Assembly: GCA_035084275.1 (NCBI GenBank)
Contig: CM068778.1
Location: forward strand, 1,550,001-1,602,183
From: Hydrolagus colliei
Lineage: Eukaryota
Direction: 5' to 3'
DNA: 52,183 nucleotides
The notes beneath the pieces were generated by a model. The model was not told where the DNA came from. It worked only from the letters and a program-made list of their open reading frames with translations, and searched no databases. Made by a program: the position numbers and the translations under genes. Below, in pieces: positions 1 through 12,452 of this stretch. Position 1 is the first letter of the stretch; each line of letters opens with the position of its first letter.

Positions 1-52
1 TGTGAATCGCAAGTGAAGAGTTGCCATCAGTAATCCCAAGTCTCTGCCAACA

Positions 53-509
53 ATGAGTCTGTCCTTTCTCACTGTCTCTCTGATCTCCATCCTCTGGCCA
101 TGTGAGTATCTCTCCACATCTCTCAATTGCCCTCAGGCTCCCAATTCCCACAGAACAGACCATTCCCTGTGGACAGGATGGACAATGTTATTTTGTGTTC
201 GCAGGTCTGCCAGTGGGAGCCTTGATGACTCAGTGGCCGGGGACAGTCACAGCCAGAGAGGGAGAGACTGTGACTTTGAGATGTTACCAGAACGACACAA
301 CCCATAGTATAATGCTCTGGTACCTCCAACCCCATCAGGGAGGCCTCACATTGATCGGATATTTCTATGTGTCAAATCCAAATTATGAGAAGGGTTTTGA
401 TACTCACTACAAACTTATACAGATTGGTGGGAACAAGGATTGCTCCCTGGAGATCTCCATCAGCAACACTACCCAGGAAGGGGTGTATTACTGTGCTGCT
501 AGAGAAGGG
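53..509 (+). CDS. TRBV: TCR beta-type V segment V1 (leader 53-101, V exon 205-509)
   Basis: Leader MSLSFLTVSLISILWP with GT donor, phase-1 AG acceptor, Cys-Trp-YYC Ig V framework; RSS CACAGCG-23-ACATAAACC at 510-548. CDR2 region FYVSN. Confidence 0.93.
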
Positions 510-1233
510 CACAGCGTGAGAGAGAGGCAGATCTCTCATACATAAACCTCACACAGGATACACAACATTTCTGTTCCCCACACACTAACACACACAATCA
601 CAGATACACACAAACCAGCCTTTCCGCCCCCAACACCTGCAATCTGTCTCTGCAAAAACTGAATACGTCAACACAGAGAATTCAGAGAGCGAGAGAGAAA
701 GAAAGAAATTCGGGGAAAGAGTGAGCATTAACAACCACAGCAAAATTACACTTGTATTGCGCCTTTCACGTCAGGTGGATGTCCCAATGCATGGCTCCAA
801 CCAGCCTACACACTGATCCCTCCGTGCCTCTGTCTCTGAATCAATTGCCAATTTTGTGGCTCACTGATCCCACTCCATAATCTGGTGGAGGCTATAGCTT
901 CACTGAGACACCTCCTCCCCTCCCCACCACAGCTCCACTTCCCCCTGGTGTGGGGGGAAGGGCCTTTTCCGATATGGTGACAACAAATTGGTGCCATTGT
1001 TTGCCTTTATTCTGCCAGAGCTTCAGCCCACAGTGGCAGAAAGAGAGTGTGAGAGAGAACAAGAGATTAAGTGACAGAGAAAGAGACAAGGTTTGGATGA
1101 TTGGGGGAGTGACATCGAGAAACAAATAGAAACAGAGAGTGAGAGAGACAACGAACATTCGGGAGAGGGAGGGTGAGAGAAACCTCAGCTCCAGTGAAGA
1201 GTTTCCATCAGTAATCCCAAGTCTCTGCCAACA

Positions 1234-4200
1234 ATGAGTCTGTCCTTTCTCACTGTCTCTCTGATCTCCATCCTTTGGCCTGTGAGTATCTCTCAACATA
1301 TTTGTATTAACCAGTGCCTTGGAACATCCAATAAACGCTATATAAATATAATATGACCTGATAAACGCTATATAAATATAATTTTTATGTTGTTGTTGTT
1401 ACCAGCAAACTCTCAAACCAACGGAGCTTTCATATCACTCCACTCTCTCTGTATCTGAGATGATCCCTCTTTGTGCCAGGAATTCCCAAAGAACATTCAT
1501 CCCAGATTCCTTCCATGTCAGCGGGATCACATTGTTATGTTGTCACTGGCAGAGTTGGTGACTCAGTGGCCGGGGACAGTCGCAGCCAGAGAGGGAGAGA
1601 CTGTGACATTGAGATATTACCAGAATGAATCAGCCCTTAGTACAATGCTCTGCAAACCTCCAACCCCATCAGGGAGGCCTCACATTAATTGGATATCTCG
1701 AGTACCCACCACCAAGGTATCATAGGTTCATAGAGTCATAGAATTTTACGGCACAAAAGGAGGCCATTCGGCCCATCTAGTCTGTGCTGGCTCTTTGAAA
1801 AGAGCGATTCAATCCCACTGCCCTGCCCGCTCCCCATAGCCTAATAGACCTGTTCTCCCTAAATAAAGATCTAATTCCCTTTTAAAAGTTGTTATCGAAT
1901 CAGCCTCCACCACCTTTTCAGGCAATGCATTACAGATTCGAACAACTCGCTGAGTGAAAAAATTTATCCTCAGCTCCCCTCTACTTTGCCTTGAAACTAT
2001 TTTAAATCTGTGACCACAAGTCACAGATTCGCCCACGAGTGGAAATAGTTTTTCTCTATTTGCCCTGTCGAAACCCCTCATGATCTTATAAACCTCTATT
2101 AGGTCTCCCCTCAATCTTCTCTGCTCCAGAGAGAATAACCCTAGCCTATCTAGCCTCTCCTCATAGCTGTAGTCCCTCAATCCTGGCACCATCCTAGTAA
2201 ATCTTCTTTGTACCCTTTCCAATGTCTTCACATCCTTTCTGTAGTGTGGTGACCAGAATTGAACACAGTATTCCAGCTGAGGCCTCACCAAAGTCTTATA
2301 GAGGTTAGTCAGCACTTCCTAACTTTTGTACTCTATACCCCTATTTATAAAGCCTAGTATCCCATATGCCTTCTTAACAGCCTTGTCTACCTGTCCTGCC
2401 ACCTTCAACGAGTCACTAACACAAATCCCCAGGTCTCTCTGTTCCTTCACACCATTTAAAATTGTACTATCTAGCCTATATTGCCTCCCTTCATTTCTTC
2501 TCCCAATAAGCATCACCTCACACTTCTCTGCATTAAACTTCATCTGCAATGTGTCTGCCCACTTTACCAATTTGTCTATATCCTCTTGCAGATGGCTACT
2601 ATCCTCCTCACTATTTACTATTCTCCCTAACTTAGTGTCATCTGCAAACTTGGAAACTGTACTCCGTACACCCAAATCCAGATTATTGATGTAGATTACA
2701 AACAGCAATGGTCCCAAAACTGATCCCTGTGGCACACCACTGCTCACTTCCCTCCAGTCTGAAAAACAGCCGCTCACTACAACTGTCTGCGTTCTGTCTC
2801 GCAGCCAGTTGTGGATCCACGCTGCCACTGTCCCTTTTACGCCATGGGCCTTTAATTTCATAATAAGTCTCTCATGTGGCACTTTGTCAAATGCCTTTTG
2901 AAAGTCCATGTAAACTACATCAACTGCGCTACCATTATCCACCCATTCCGTTACCTCATCAAAAAATTCTATCAGATTTGTAAGGCAAGATTTGCCTTTA
3001 ACAAATCCATGTTGACTGTCCTTTATTAGCCTATATCTTTCTAAGTGAAGATCTACCTTGTCCCTGATATGGACTCTAGAAGTTTGCCCACTACCGACGT
3101 TAGACTGACTGGTCTGTAGTTACCAGGCTTGTCCTTCTGCCCCTTTTTATACAAGGGAGTAACATTAGCTATCCTCCAGTCCTTCCTGTGTCCAAGGAAG
3201 ATTGAAAGATCGTGGCCAGAGTCCCTGCTGTTTGCTCCCGTGCATCCCTTAGTAACCTAGGGTGCATCCCATCCGGACCAGGTGACTTATCCACCTTGAG
3301 CGACGTCAAACTTTTTAGAACTTTCTCTCTGGTTATAATTATTCTATCCATTTCTCCTACCCTCTCCTCTAATACCATGGCATTGGCTGTATCCTTTTCT
3401 TTTGTGAAGACAGAGGCGAAGTACTCATTCAGTACATCAGCCATGCCCTCTGCCTCCACAATGAGATTTCCTCCTAGGTCCCTAATTGGCCCCACCCTCT
3501 CCTTGACCAACCTTTTACTCTTAATATGTTGGTAAAAAACCTTAGGGTTCCCCTTAATCTTACTCGCTAATTGTTTTTCATGCAGTCTCTTTGCCCCTCT
3601 AACTTCCCTTTTTAGTTCTATCCTACACTTCCTATATTCTGCTTGGTTCCCTTCTGAATTTTGAGCCTGACACTTATCATAAGCCTCTTTTTTTTGTTTG
3701 ATTTTGGCCCCGATTTCCTTAGTCATCCAGGGTGGTTTGGATGCCTTACATTTCACCTTTGTGGGGATGCTTTTGACCTGTGCCTGAACTATCTCCTCTT
3801 TGAACGCTGCCCACTGCTCGTTAGTTGTCTTACCTGCCAATTTTTCTTTCCAATCCACCTTGGCTAGGTCCCACCTCAACTCATTGAAATTAGCCCTTTT
3901 CCAGTTGAGTGTGCTCACCTGTGATCGTTCCTTATCCCTTTCCATAATTATTCTGAATCTAACGATATTGTGGTCACTATTCCCTAGATGCTCACCTACA
4001 GAAACCTGTTGAACTTGCCCTACCTCATTTCCCAAAACTAGATCCAGCAATGCTTCTTTCCTCGTTGGACTGGAAACATACTGATCAAGAAAGTTGTCCT
4101 GCACACACTTCAGGAATTCTTCTCCCTCCTTGCCCTTTACTCTACTATTCTGCCAGTCTATGTTGGGATAGTTGAAGTCACCAATTATCACTACTATTAG

Positions 4201-4530
4201 CTCTGCATTTCTCCGTGATACGCTTGCAGATCTGCTTGTCTATCTCCTCCCCACTATTTGGTGGTCTATAGTATACCCCTAACAGTGTAACTGCACCTTT
4301 TTTATTCCTCATTTCTAACCAGATAGATTCGGTTTTTAGTCCTTCTTCCACCTCGTTCCTTTCTAAGGCAGTCACTGAGTCCTTAACTAAAATTGCCACC
4401 CCGCCCCCTTTTCTCCCTTCTCTATCCCTCGTGAATATCAGGAGGGTTTTAAATCTGGATACAACATTGCAAAGACAACAGACAAAAAGCAATCCTACCT
4501 GTAGATCTCCATCAGAAACACAGCTCAACC
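1234..4530 (+). pseudogene. TRBV: Pseudo-V2, interrupted by a CR1 LINE
   Basis: 48-nt leader (1-nt deletion), 14-nt deletion removing the acceptor, first Cys to Tyr, frameshift at the WY motif, LINE at 1723-4435, 3' end (YYC and RSS) deleted after ...AACACAGCTCAAC. Confidence 0.9.
1723..4435 (-). mobile_element. 5'-truncated CR1-type LINE (partial APE endonuclease plus RT), copy 1
   Basis: Minus-strand ORFs 3169-4191, 2319-2942 (YMDFQKAFD, GVPQGSVLGP, FADD) and 1809-2315; CTATGA-type 3' tail; flanked by TATCA at 1718-1722 and 4436-4440. Confidence 0.93.
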
Positions 4531-5205
4531 AGCACATATACAAACCAGCCTTTCCTCCACTAACACCTGCCATCGGTCTTGGCCAAAAATTATACACATC
4601 AACACAGACGATTGAGAGACGAGAGAGAAAAAGAGGTTCAGGGACAGATAACATATGTGTCCATCTCATCTGCTCTGCACACTGTACCCTCTGTGTGGTT
4701 GTCTCTCTCTCTGTGTCCTCCCAACGGTTGTGTCCTCCTCCAAGCAGCTTTATAAATACAATTTTATTGTTGATTCTCTCAACCTGGGACCAATTTGGCA
4801 ACTTGCTCAGTGCACACCATTGGGGGACGCTGTGGCTTCACTGAGACACCTCTCCTCCCGTCACATGTCATACCTGGCACCAATGTGACACTGTGGGGTG
4901 GGGTGAGAGGTGAGACACTCACTGCTGATGTTCTACAGACACTTCAGTGCCATTATTGGCTTTACTCTGCCAGATTTTCATTCCACAGAGACAGAAAGAG
5001 AGAGAGGTGGGGGGGGGGGGGGGGGGGAGTGGAGGGATGAGACAGTGAGAGGCATGGTTGTGTGACAGGGGGAGTGGTATCAATGAGGAAATAGGAAGTG
5101 AGTCAGTGAGAAATCAAGTGTGTATGTGTGAGAAAGAGTGTGTGGGAGAGATACCTGAGCTCTGGTGTGAAGAACCAAAGTTTAATCTCAAGTCTCTGCC
5201 CAACA

Positions 5206-5757
5206 ATGAGACTTTCCTTTCTCACTGTCTCTCTGATCTCCATCCTCTGGCCCTGTGAGTATCTCTGAACATCTCTCAATTCCCCTTCAAGCTCCCAATT
5301 CCACTGGGGTTTCATAACATCCCCCACTTTCTCTGTCTGAGATTACCCTAATCTGTGTTTGTGTCTGTGTGTGTGTGTATGTGTGTGATCCCGGGAATCA
5401 GACCAGGTTATTCCCTGTGGGCAGGATGATGGATGTTACATTGTCTTTGCAGGTCTGTCACTGGCAGAGTTGCTGACTCAGTGGCCGGGGACAGTCACAG
5501 CCAGAGAGGGAGAGACTGTGACCTTGAGATGTTACCAGAATGAATCCGCCCTTGATACAATGCTCTGGTACATCCAACCCCATCAGGGAGGCCTCACATT
5601 GATAGGATATGCCTTACTGTCAAACCCAAATTATGAGAAAGAATTTCAATCTGGCTACAACATCACACAGACGGATAACAAGAAGGATTCCTCCCTGAAG
5701 ATCTCCATCAGCAACACAGACCAGGAGGGGGTGTATTACTGCGCTGCTAGAGAAGGG
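5206..5757 (+). CDS. TRBV: V3 (leader 5206-5254, V exon 5453-5757)
   Basis: Intact leader and V exon, CDR2 ALLSN, RSS CACAGCG-23-ACATAAACC 5758-5796. Confidence 0.93.
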
Positions 5758-6179
5758 CACAGCGTGAGAGAGAGGCAGATCTCTCATACATAAACCTCAC
5801 ACAGGGTACACAACGACTCCCTTCACCACACACACCTGGCCTCAGTCTCTGCATAAATTAACACATCAACACAGGACCATGGAGAGAGATAGAAAAAAAA
5901 TGATCCAGATCCAGAGTAGACACGGCTCCATCTCGCCTTCTCTTCACACTCTTTACTCACCAGAGCTTCAGTATACAGAGAAACACAGGGAACCAGAGAG
6001 TGTGAGCACGAGAGAGAGATGCAGAGAGAGACTATGTTCGGATGACAGAGGGTGGGCTATCGATAAAGAAATAGGAAGTGAATCAGTGAAACATAGAGAG
6101 AGTTTCAGAGTGAGGGAGGGAGAGAAACCTGAGCTCTGGTGTGAAGATTCCACGGATAATCTCAAGTCTCTGACCAACA

Positions 6180-6580
6180 ATGAGTCTGTCCATTCTCACT
6201 GTGTCTCTCATCTCCATCCTCTGGCCTTGTGGGTATCTCTCCACATCTCTTCTCTCTATTCCCCTCAGTCTCCCAAATCCCTTAGGATATTAGAACATCC
6301 AATTCGCACTGCCTGAGATAACCTAATCTGTGTCTGTGTCTATGTCAAGTGTATTTACATTTATGTGCGTGTGTGTGATCGTGGGAATCAGACCAGGACC
6401 TTCCCTGTGGGCAGGATGATGTATGTTACATTGTCTTTGCAGGTCTGTCACTGGCAGAGTTGGTGACTCAGTGGCCGGGGACAGTCACAGCCAGAGATGG
6501 AGAGGAGAGTCTGTGACTTTGAGATGTTTCCAGAATGAATCAGCCCTTGATACAAGGCTGTGTACCTCCAACCCCACCAG
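6180..6580 (+). pseudogene. TRBV: Pseudo-V4 (truncated)
   Basis: Leader 6180-6228, acceptor at 6443, frameshifting insertion in FR1; V ends at ~6580 where a short retroelement tail replaces the 3' half and the RSS. Confidence 0.88.
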
Positions 6581-6670
6581 TTAGGTCAGAAGATCAGCCT
6601 TGATCTGATCAGAAGTCAGTGCAGGCTCAAGGGGCCAAATGGCCTCCTGCTCCTAATTCTTGGTTCTTAT
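6581..6670 (+). mobile_element. Short CR1-type 3' tail fragment
   Basis: GGCTCAAGGGGCCAAATGGCCTCCTGCTCCTAATTCTT resembles the 3' ends of the other CR1 copies in the window (e.g. ~44970-45010 and reverse complement at ~50520-50570). Confidence 0.65.
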
Positions 6671-7227
6671 CAACACGGACAATTCAGAGACAGAGAGTAA
6701 AAGATTTCCAGGGATCGACTAGAGATGTCTCCATCTCGCCTTCTCTCCACACTGTTCCCTTTGCCTCTGTCTCTGAATCCTTGACCAATTATATGACCTT
6801 CTGTTCTCAGTCCACACCTTGGGGGAGGCTGTAGCATCATCAACAGACCTCCGCTCACCCACATCTGCTCCTCTCACCAATGTCCCACAGGGGGCGTGGA
6901 GTGGGGGAGAGGCACATTTCCTATGTGATAACAACATCTTAGTGTCATTGGTGCCTTTATTCTCCCAGTGCTTCATTCCACAGAGAAACAGAAAGAGATT
7001 GCGTATGTGTGAGAGAGCGAGGGTGAGAGAGAGAGAGAGACCCAGCTAGACAACATTGTAATTTCGTTGTTGTGGTTGTTTCTGAGAGAAGGGAGTGAAG
7101 TTAAGAAAGTTCAATACAAAGACAGAGTGTGGGCGATAAGGAAAGAGTGTCTGTGAGAGAGAAGAAGGGAGAGAAACCTGAGCTCTGACGTGACGATCCC
7201 ATAGTTAATCTCAAGTCTCTGCCAACA

Positions 7228-7771
7228 ATGAGTCTGTCCTTTCTCACTGTCTCTCTGATCTCCATTCTGTGGCCCTGTGAGTATCTCGCTACATCTCTCA
7301 ATTCTCCACAGATTCCCAATTCCCTTTGGATATCATAACATCCCCCACTATCTGAGGTATAGTGTTAGTGTCCATGTGAGTGAATGTGTGTGTGTGTCTG
7401 TTATCCCGGAAATCAAACCAGGACATTCCCTATGGGAAGGATGGAAATGATACACTTTCTTTGCAGGTCTGTCAGTGGGAGCCTTGATGACTCAGTGGCC
7501 GGGGACAGTCACAGCCAGAGAGGGAGAGAGAGTGACTTTGAGGTGTTACCAGAATGACACAGCCCTTACTACAATGCTCTGGTACATCCAGTCACATCAG
7601 GGAGGCCTCACATTGATCGGTTATTTCTATCGATCAAACCCAAATTATGAGGAGGGTTTTCAATCTGGCTACAACATCACAAAGACAACTGACGACAAGG
7701 ATTCCTCCCTGGAGATCTCCATCAGGAACACAGCCCAGGAGGGGGTGTATTACTGTGCTGCTAGAGAAGGG
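7228..7771 (+). CDS. TRBV: V5 (leader 7228-7276, V exon 7467-7771)
   Basis: Intact; CDR2 FYRSN; RSS CACAGCG-23-ACATAAACC. Confidence 0.93.
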
Positions 7772-8317
7772 CACAGCGTGAGAGAGAGACAGATCTCTCA
7801 TACATAAACCTCACACAGGGTACACAATGACTCTCTTCACCACACACACACACACACCACAATAAGTCTTTCCCCCGCCAACACCTGTCATCACCTCGTC
7901 TACTCTCCACACTTTTCTTCCTCTGTCATTGTATATCAATCTTCTAACCCATCCAGTCCATGCTCTTATAGAGAATGTAGCTTCACTAGGATGCCACCCT
8001 CCCCTCCCCACCCCATCTCCTCCTCCCCCTGGGGTTGGGGGAAGGGCCTTTCCCATGTGGTGACATATACTTTGCTGCCATTGGAGCCTTTATTCTGCCG
8101 GAGCTTCAGCCCACAGTGACAAAGACACAGAGAGTGAGAGAGAACAAGCGATTAAGTGACAGAGAAAGAGACAACGTTTGGAATGATTGGGGGAGTGACA
8201 TCGAGAAATAAATAGAAACAGAGAGTGAGAGAGAAAAAGCGCATTTGGGAGAGAGGGTGAGAGAAACCTTAGCTCCGGTGAAGAGTTTCCATCAGTAATC
8301 CCAAGTCTCTGCCAACA

Positions 8318-8900
8318 ATGTGTCTGTCCTTTCTCAATGTCTCGCTGATCTCCATCCTCTGGCCCTGTGAGTATCTCTCAACATCTCTCCATTAAGACGA
8401 CCTCCCAATGTGAAAAGCACGATACAAATGTGTTGTTGTTACCATAAAACCCACAGGGCTTTCATATCACTCCCCGCTCTCTCTGTATCTGAGAGGATCC
8501 CTCTTTGTGTGTGTCTATAATGCCAGGAATCCCCAAAGAAAATTCATCCCAGATTCCCTCCCTGTAAGTGGGATCACGTTGTTATGTTGTCTTTGCAGGT
8601 CTGTCACCGGCAGAGTTGGTGACTCAGTGGCCAGGGACAGTCACAGCCAGAGAGGGAGACACTGTGACCTTGAGATGTTACCAGAATGAGACAACCCTTG
8701 ATACAATGCTCTGGTACATCCAACCCCACCAGGGAGGCCTCACATTGATCGGATATAACCGTTTACCACCAACAACTTATGAGGAGGGTTTTAAATCTGG
8801 CTACAACATCACAAAGACAAGTGACAAGGATTCCTCCCTGGAGATCTCCATCAGCAACACAGCCCAGGAGGGGGTGTATTTCTGTGCTGCTAGAGAAGGG
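8318..8900 (+). CDS. TRBV: V6 (leader 8318-8366, V exon 8599-8900)
   Basis: Intact; CDR2 NRLPP; YFC motif; RSS CACAGTG-23-ACATAAACC. Confidence 0.93.
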
Positions 8901-9582
8901 CACAGTGTGAGAGTGAGGCAGATCTCTCATACATAAACCTCACACAGGGTACACAAACACTCTCTTCACCACACACACACACACACACACACTCACGGAT
9001 ACACACAAACCAGCCTTTCCCACCATCAACACCTGTGCTCACATTGTCAAGAAATTAACATCAACACAGACGATTGAGAGACAGAGAGGAAAAGAGAGTA
9101 GACATGGTTCCATCTCGCCTCCTCTCCACACTGTTCCCTCTGTCTCTGTTTCTGAATCATTGACATATTTTGTGACTTACTGTTCGCAGTCCATAACCTG
9201 GGGGAGGCTGCAGCTTCACGAACGCACCTCCCCTCACCCAAATCTGCACCTCCCACCAATGTCCCACAGGGGGGCGGGGGAGAGGCACATTTTCTATGTG
9301 GTGTCGACACTTTGGTGTCATTGATGGCTTTATTCTTTCTGTGCTTCATTCCACAGAGATACAAAAGAGATCGTTTGTGTGCGTGTGCATCAGACAGCGA
9401 GAGTGTGAGAGAGAGAGACCGAGCTAGACAACATTTTTGAGAGAAGAGAGTGAAGTCAAGAAAGTAAAATACAAAGACAGAGTGTGGGCGATAAGGAAAG
9501 ACCATATGTAGGAGAGAAGAAGGGAGAGAAACCTGAGCTCCGGTGTGAAGATCCCAAAGTTAATCTCAAGTCTCTGCCAACA

Positions 9583-10225
9583 ATGAGTCTGTCTATTCTC
9601 ACTGTCTCTCTGATCTCCATCCTCTGGCCCTGTGAGTATCTCTTCACATCTCCCAATTCTCCACAGGTTCCCAAATGCCTTGGGATATCATGCGATCCTC
9701 CACTTTTCGTGTCTGAAATGAACCTAATCTGTGTCTGTGGAAAGTCAATCCAAATCAATCAATCAATCAATCAAAACTTACATTTATATAGCGCCTTTCA
9801 CGTCAGGAGGGTGTCCCAGTGTATGTGTGTTTGTGTCTGTGTGTGTGTGTCTGTGATCCCGGGAATCAGACCAGGACATTCTCTGAGGGCAGGATGATGG
9901 ATGTTACATTGTCTTTGCAGGTCTGTCCCTGGCAAAGTTGGTGACTCAGAGGCCGGGGACAGTCACAGCCAGAGAGGGAGAGACTGTGACTTTCAGGTGT
10001 CACCACGATGATACGAACCTGTTTACAATGCTCTGGTACCTCCAACTCCATCAGGGAGGACTCACATTGATTGGATATATCCGTGATTCAAACCCGAAGA
10101 ATGAGATAGAATTTATATCTGGCTATAACATTACACAGACTGATGAGAACAAGAAGTCCTCCCTGGAGATCTCCATCAGGAACACAGCCCAGGAGGGGGT
10201 GTATTACTGTGCTGCTAGACAAGGG
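9583..10225 (+). CDS. TRBV: V7 (leader 9583-9631, V exon 9921-10225)
   Basis: Intact; CHHDDTNLFT, CDR2 IRDSN; RSS CACAGCG-23-ACATAAACC 10226-10264. Confidence 0.93.
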
Positions 10226-10759
10226 CACAGCGTGTGAGAGAGACAGATCTCTCATACATAAACCTCACGCAGGATACACAAACATTCACCACACACACAC
10301 AATCACACACAACAACCAGACTTTCCCCAGCCAACACCTGCCCTCACCTCGCCTACTCGACACACTGTTCTTTCTGTGTCTCTGTATCTGAATCTACCAC
10401 CAATTTTGTAAGCCACCCAGTCCAGCCTCTTATAGAGAGTGTAGCTTCACTGAGACACTCCCTACCACAGCCCCACCTCCCCCTGAGGATGGGGGGAAGG
10501 GCCTTTCAGATGTGGGGACGACACGTTGCTGCCTGTATTTTGCCAGAGCTTCAGCCCACAATGACACAGTGAGAGAGGGAGAGAGACAGAGGTTAAGTGA
10601 CAGGGAAAGATACAACCTTCGGGTAATTGGGGGAGAACCATCGAGAAATACACAGAAACAGAGAGTGAGAGAGACAACGAATATTTGTGAGGGCAAGAGT
10701 GATAGAAACATCAGATAGAGTGTAGATTATCCCAGTGTAATCCCAAATCTCAGACAACA

Positions 10760-11368
10760 ATGTGTCTGTCCTTTCTCACTGTCTCTCTGATCTCCATCCT
10801 CTGGCCCTGTGAGTATCTCTCCACATGTCTCTATTACCCAGTGCATTAGATGCCCTTTTCCCGACGTGAAAAGCGCTCGTCAAATATGTTGTTGTTGTTA
10901 CCCACAAACTCTCAAACCCACAGGGCTTTCATATGACTCCCCTGTCTCTGTCTCTGAGAGGATCCCGCTTTGTGTCCGTCCATAATGCCACGAAATCCCC
11001 AAGAAAATTCATCCCAGATTCCCTCCCTGTCAACAGGTTCACATTGTTATGTTGTCTCTGCAGGTCTGTCACTGGCTGAGTTGGTGACTCAGTGGCCGGG
11101 GACAGTCACAGCCAGAGAGGGAGAGACTGTGACCTTGAGATGTTACCAGAATGAATCAGCCCTTGATAGAATGCTCTGGTACCTCCAACCCCACCAGGGA
11201 GGCCTCACATTGATAGGATATCTCTATTACCCACCAACAATTTATGAGGAGGGTTTTAAATCTGGCTACAACATCACAAAGACAACAGACAAAAAGGATT
11301 CTTCCCTGGAGATCTCCATCAGCAACACAGCCCAGGAGGGGGTGTATTACTGTGCTGCTAGAGAAGGG
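10760..11368 (+). CDS. TRBV: V8 (leader 10760-10808, V exon 11064-11368)
   Basis: Intact; CDR2 LYYPP; RSS CACAGTG-23-ACATAAACC. Confidence 0.93.
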
Positions 11369-11888
11369 CACAGTGTGAGAGAGAGACAGATCTCTCATAC
11401 ATAAACCTCACACAGGATACACGACGTTTCTGTTCACCACACACACACAATTCATATTTTTCCCCCCCATCAACACCTGCCCTCAGTCTTCGCCAAATTC
11501 AAGCACATCAACACACACGATTGAGAGACAAGGGAGAACAAGAGGCTGTAGCTTTACTGAGACACCTCTCCTTCCGCCATATCTCAAGCCTCTCACTGGA
11601 GAGGCGATGCAGTCACTTCCAAAGTGATGCCAACACTTTATGTGATTGGTGGCTTTACCCTGCCAGAGGTTCATTCCACAGAGTCAAAGAGAGAGAGAGG
11701 AGTGTGTGTGTGTGTGTATAAGAGGGCGAGATAGAGCTCGGCAAACTTTGCAAAGAGCAGAGTCAAGTTCAGAAAGCTGAATACAAACACAGAGTGTGGA
11801 AGATAAGAAAGAGTGTATGTGAGAGAGAAGACGGGGAAAACACAAGCTCTGTGAAGATCCCAAATTTAATCTCAAGTCTCCACCAACG

Positions 11889-12452
11889 ATGAGACTGTCC
11901 TTTCCCGTTGTCTCTCTGATTCCCATCCTCTGGCCCTGTGAGTATCTCTCCACATCTCTCAATTCCCACTCAGGCTCCCAATTCCACTAAGATTTTGTAA
12001 CATCCCCCATTCTCTCTGTCTGAGATGGTCCCAATCTTTGTTTGTGTGTACGTGACTGTGTGTGTACGGGAGTATGTGTTTAATCCCTGGAGTCAGACCA
12101 GCACATTCCCTGTGGACATGATGATGGATGTAATATTGTCTGTGCAGGTCTGTCACTGGCAGAATTGGTGACACAGTGGCCGGGGACAGTCACAGCAAAA
12201 GAGGGAGAGACAGTGACTTTGAGATGCTACCAGAATAATACAGCCCTCGGTACAATGCTCTGGTACCTCCAACCCCATCTGGGAGGCCTCAAATTAATTG
12301 GATATAGCATAACCACAAGCCCAAATTATGAGAAAGATTTTCAATCTGGCTTCAAAATCACAAAGACAAGTGATGACAAGGATTCCTCCCTGGAGATCTC
12401 CATCAGCAACACAACCCAGGAGGGGGTGTATTACTGTGCTGCTAGAGAAGGG
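11889..12452 (+). CDS. TRBV: V9 (leader 11889-11937, V exon 12148-12452)
   Basis: Intact; leader MRLSFPVVSLIPILWP; CDR2 SITTS; RSS CACAGCG-23-GCATAAACC. Confidence 0.9.

Noticed and set aside
247-271. Internal CACAGCC...GACTGTG heptamer-like pair in FR1, and TACTGTG in the YYC codons of each V
   Set aside because: No acceptable nonamer at 12 or 23 nt; the sequences are explained by coding constraints, and the embedded 3' heptamer is common to V genes.
1234-1570. In psiV2/14/26 the 1-nt leader deletion and 14-nt acceptor deletion could be frame-compensated through a cryptic GGCAGAG|TTG acceptor
   Set aside because: Even if spliced in frame, the V lacks the first Cys, is frameshifted at the WY motif, and has no YYC or RSS, so it cannot yield a receptor.
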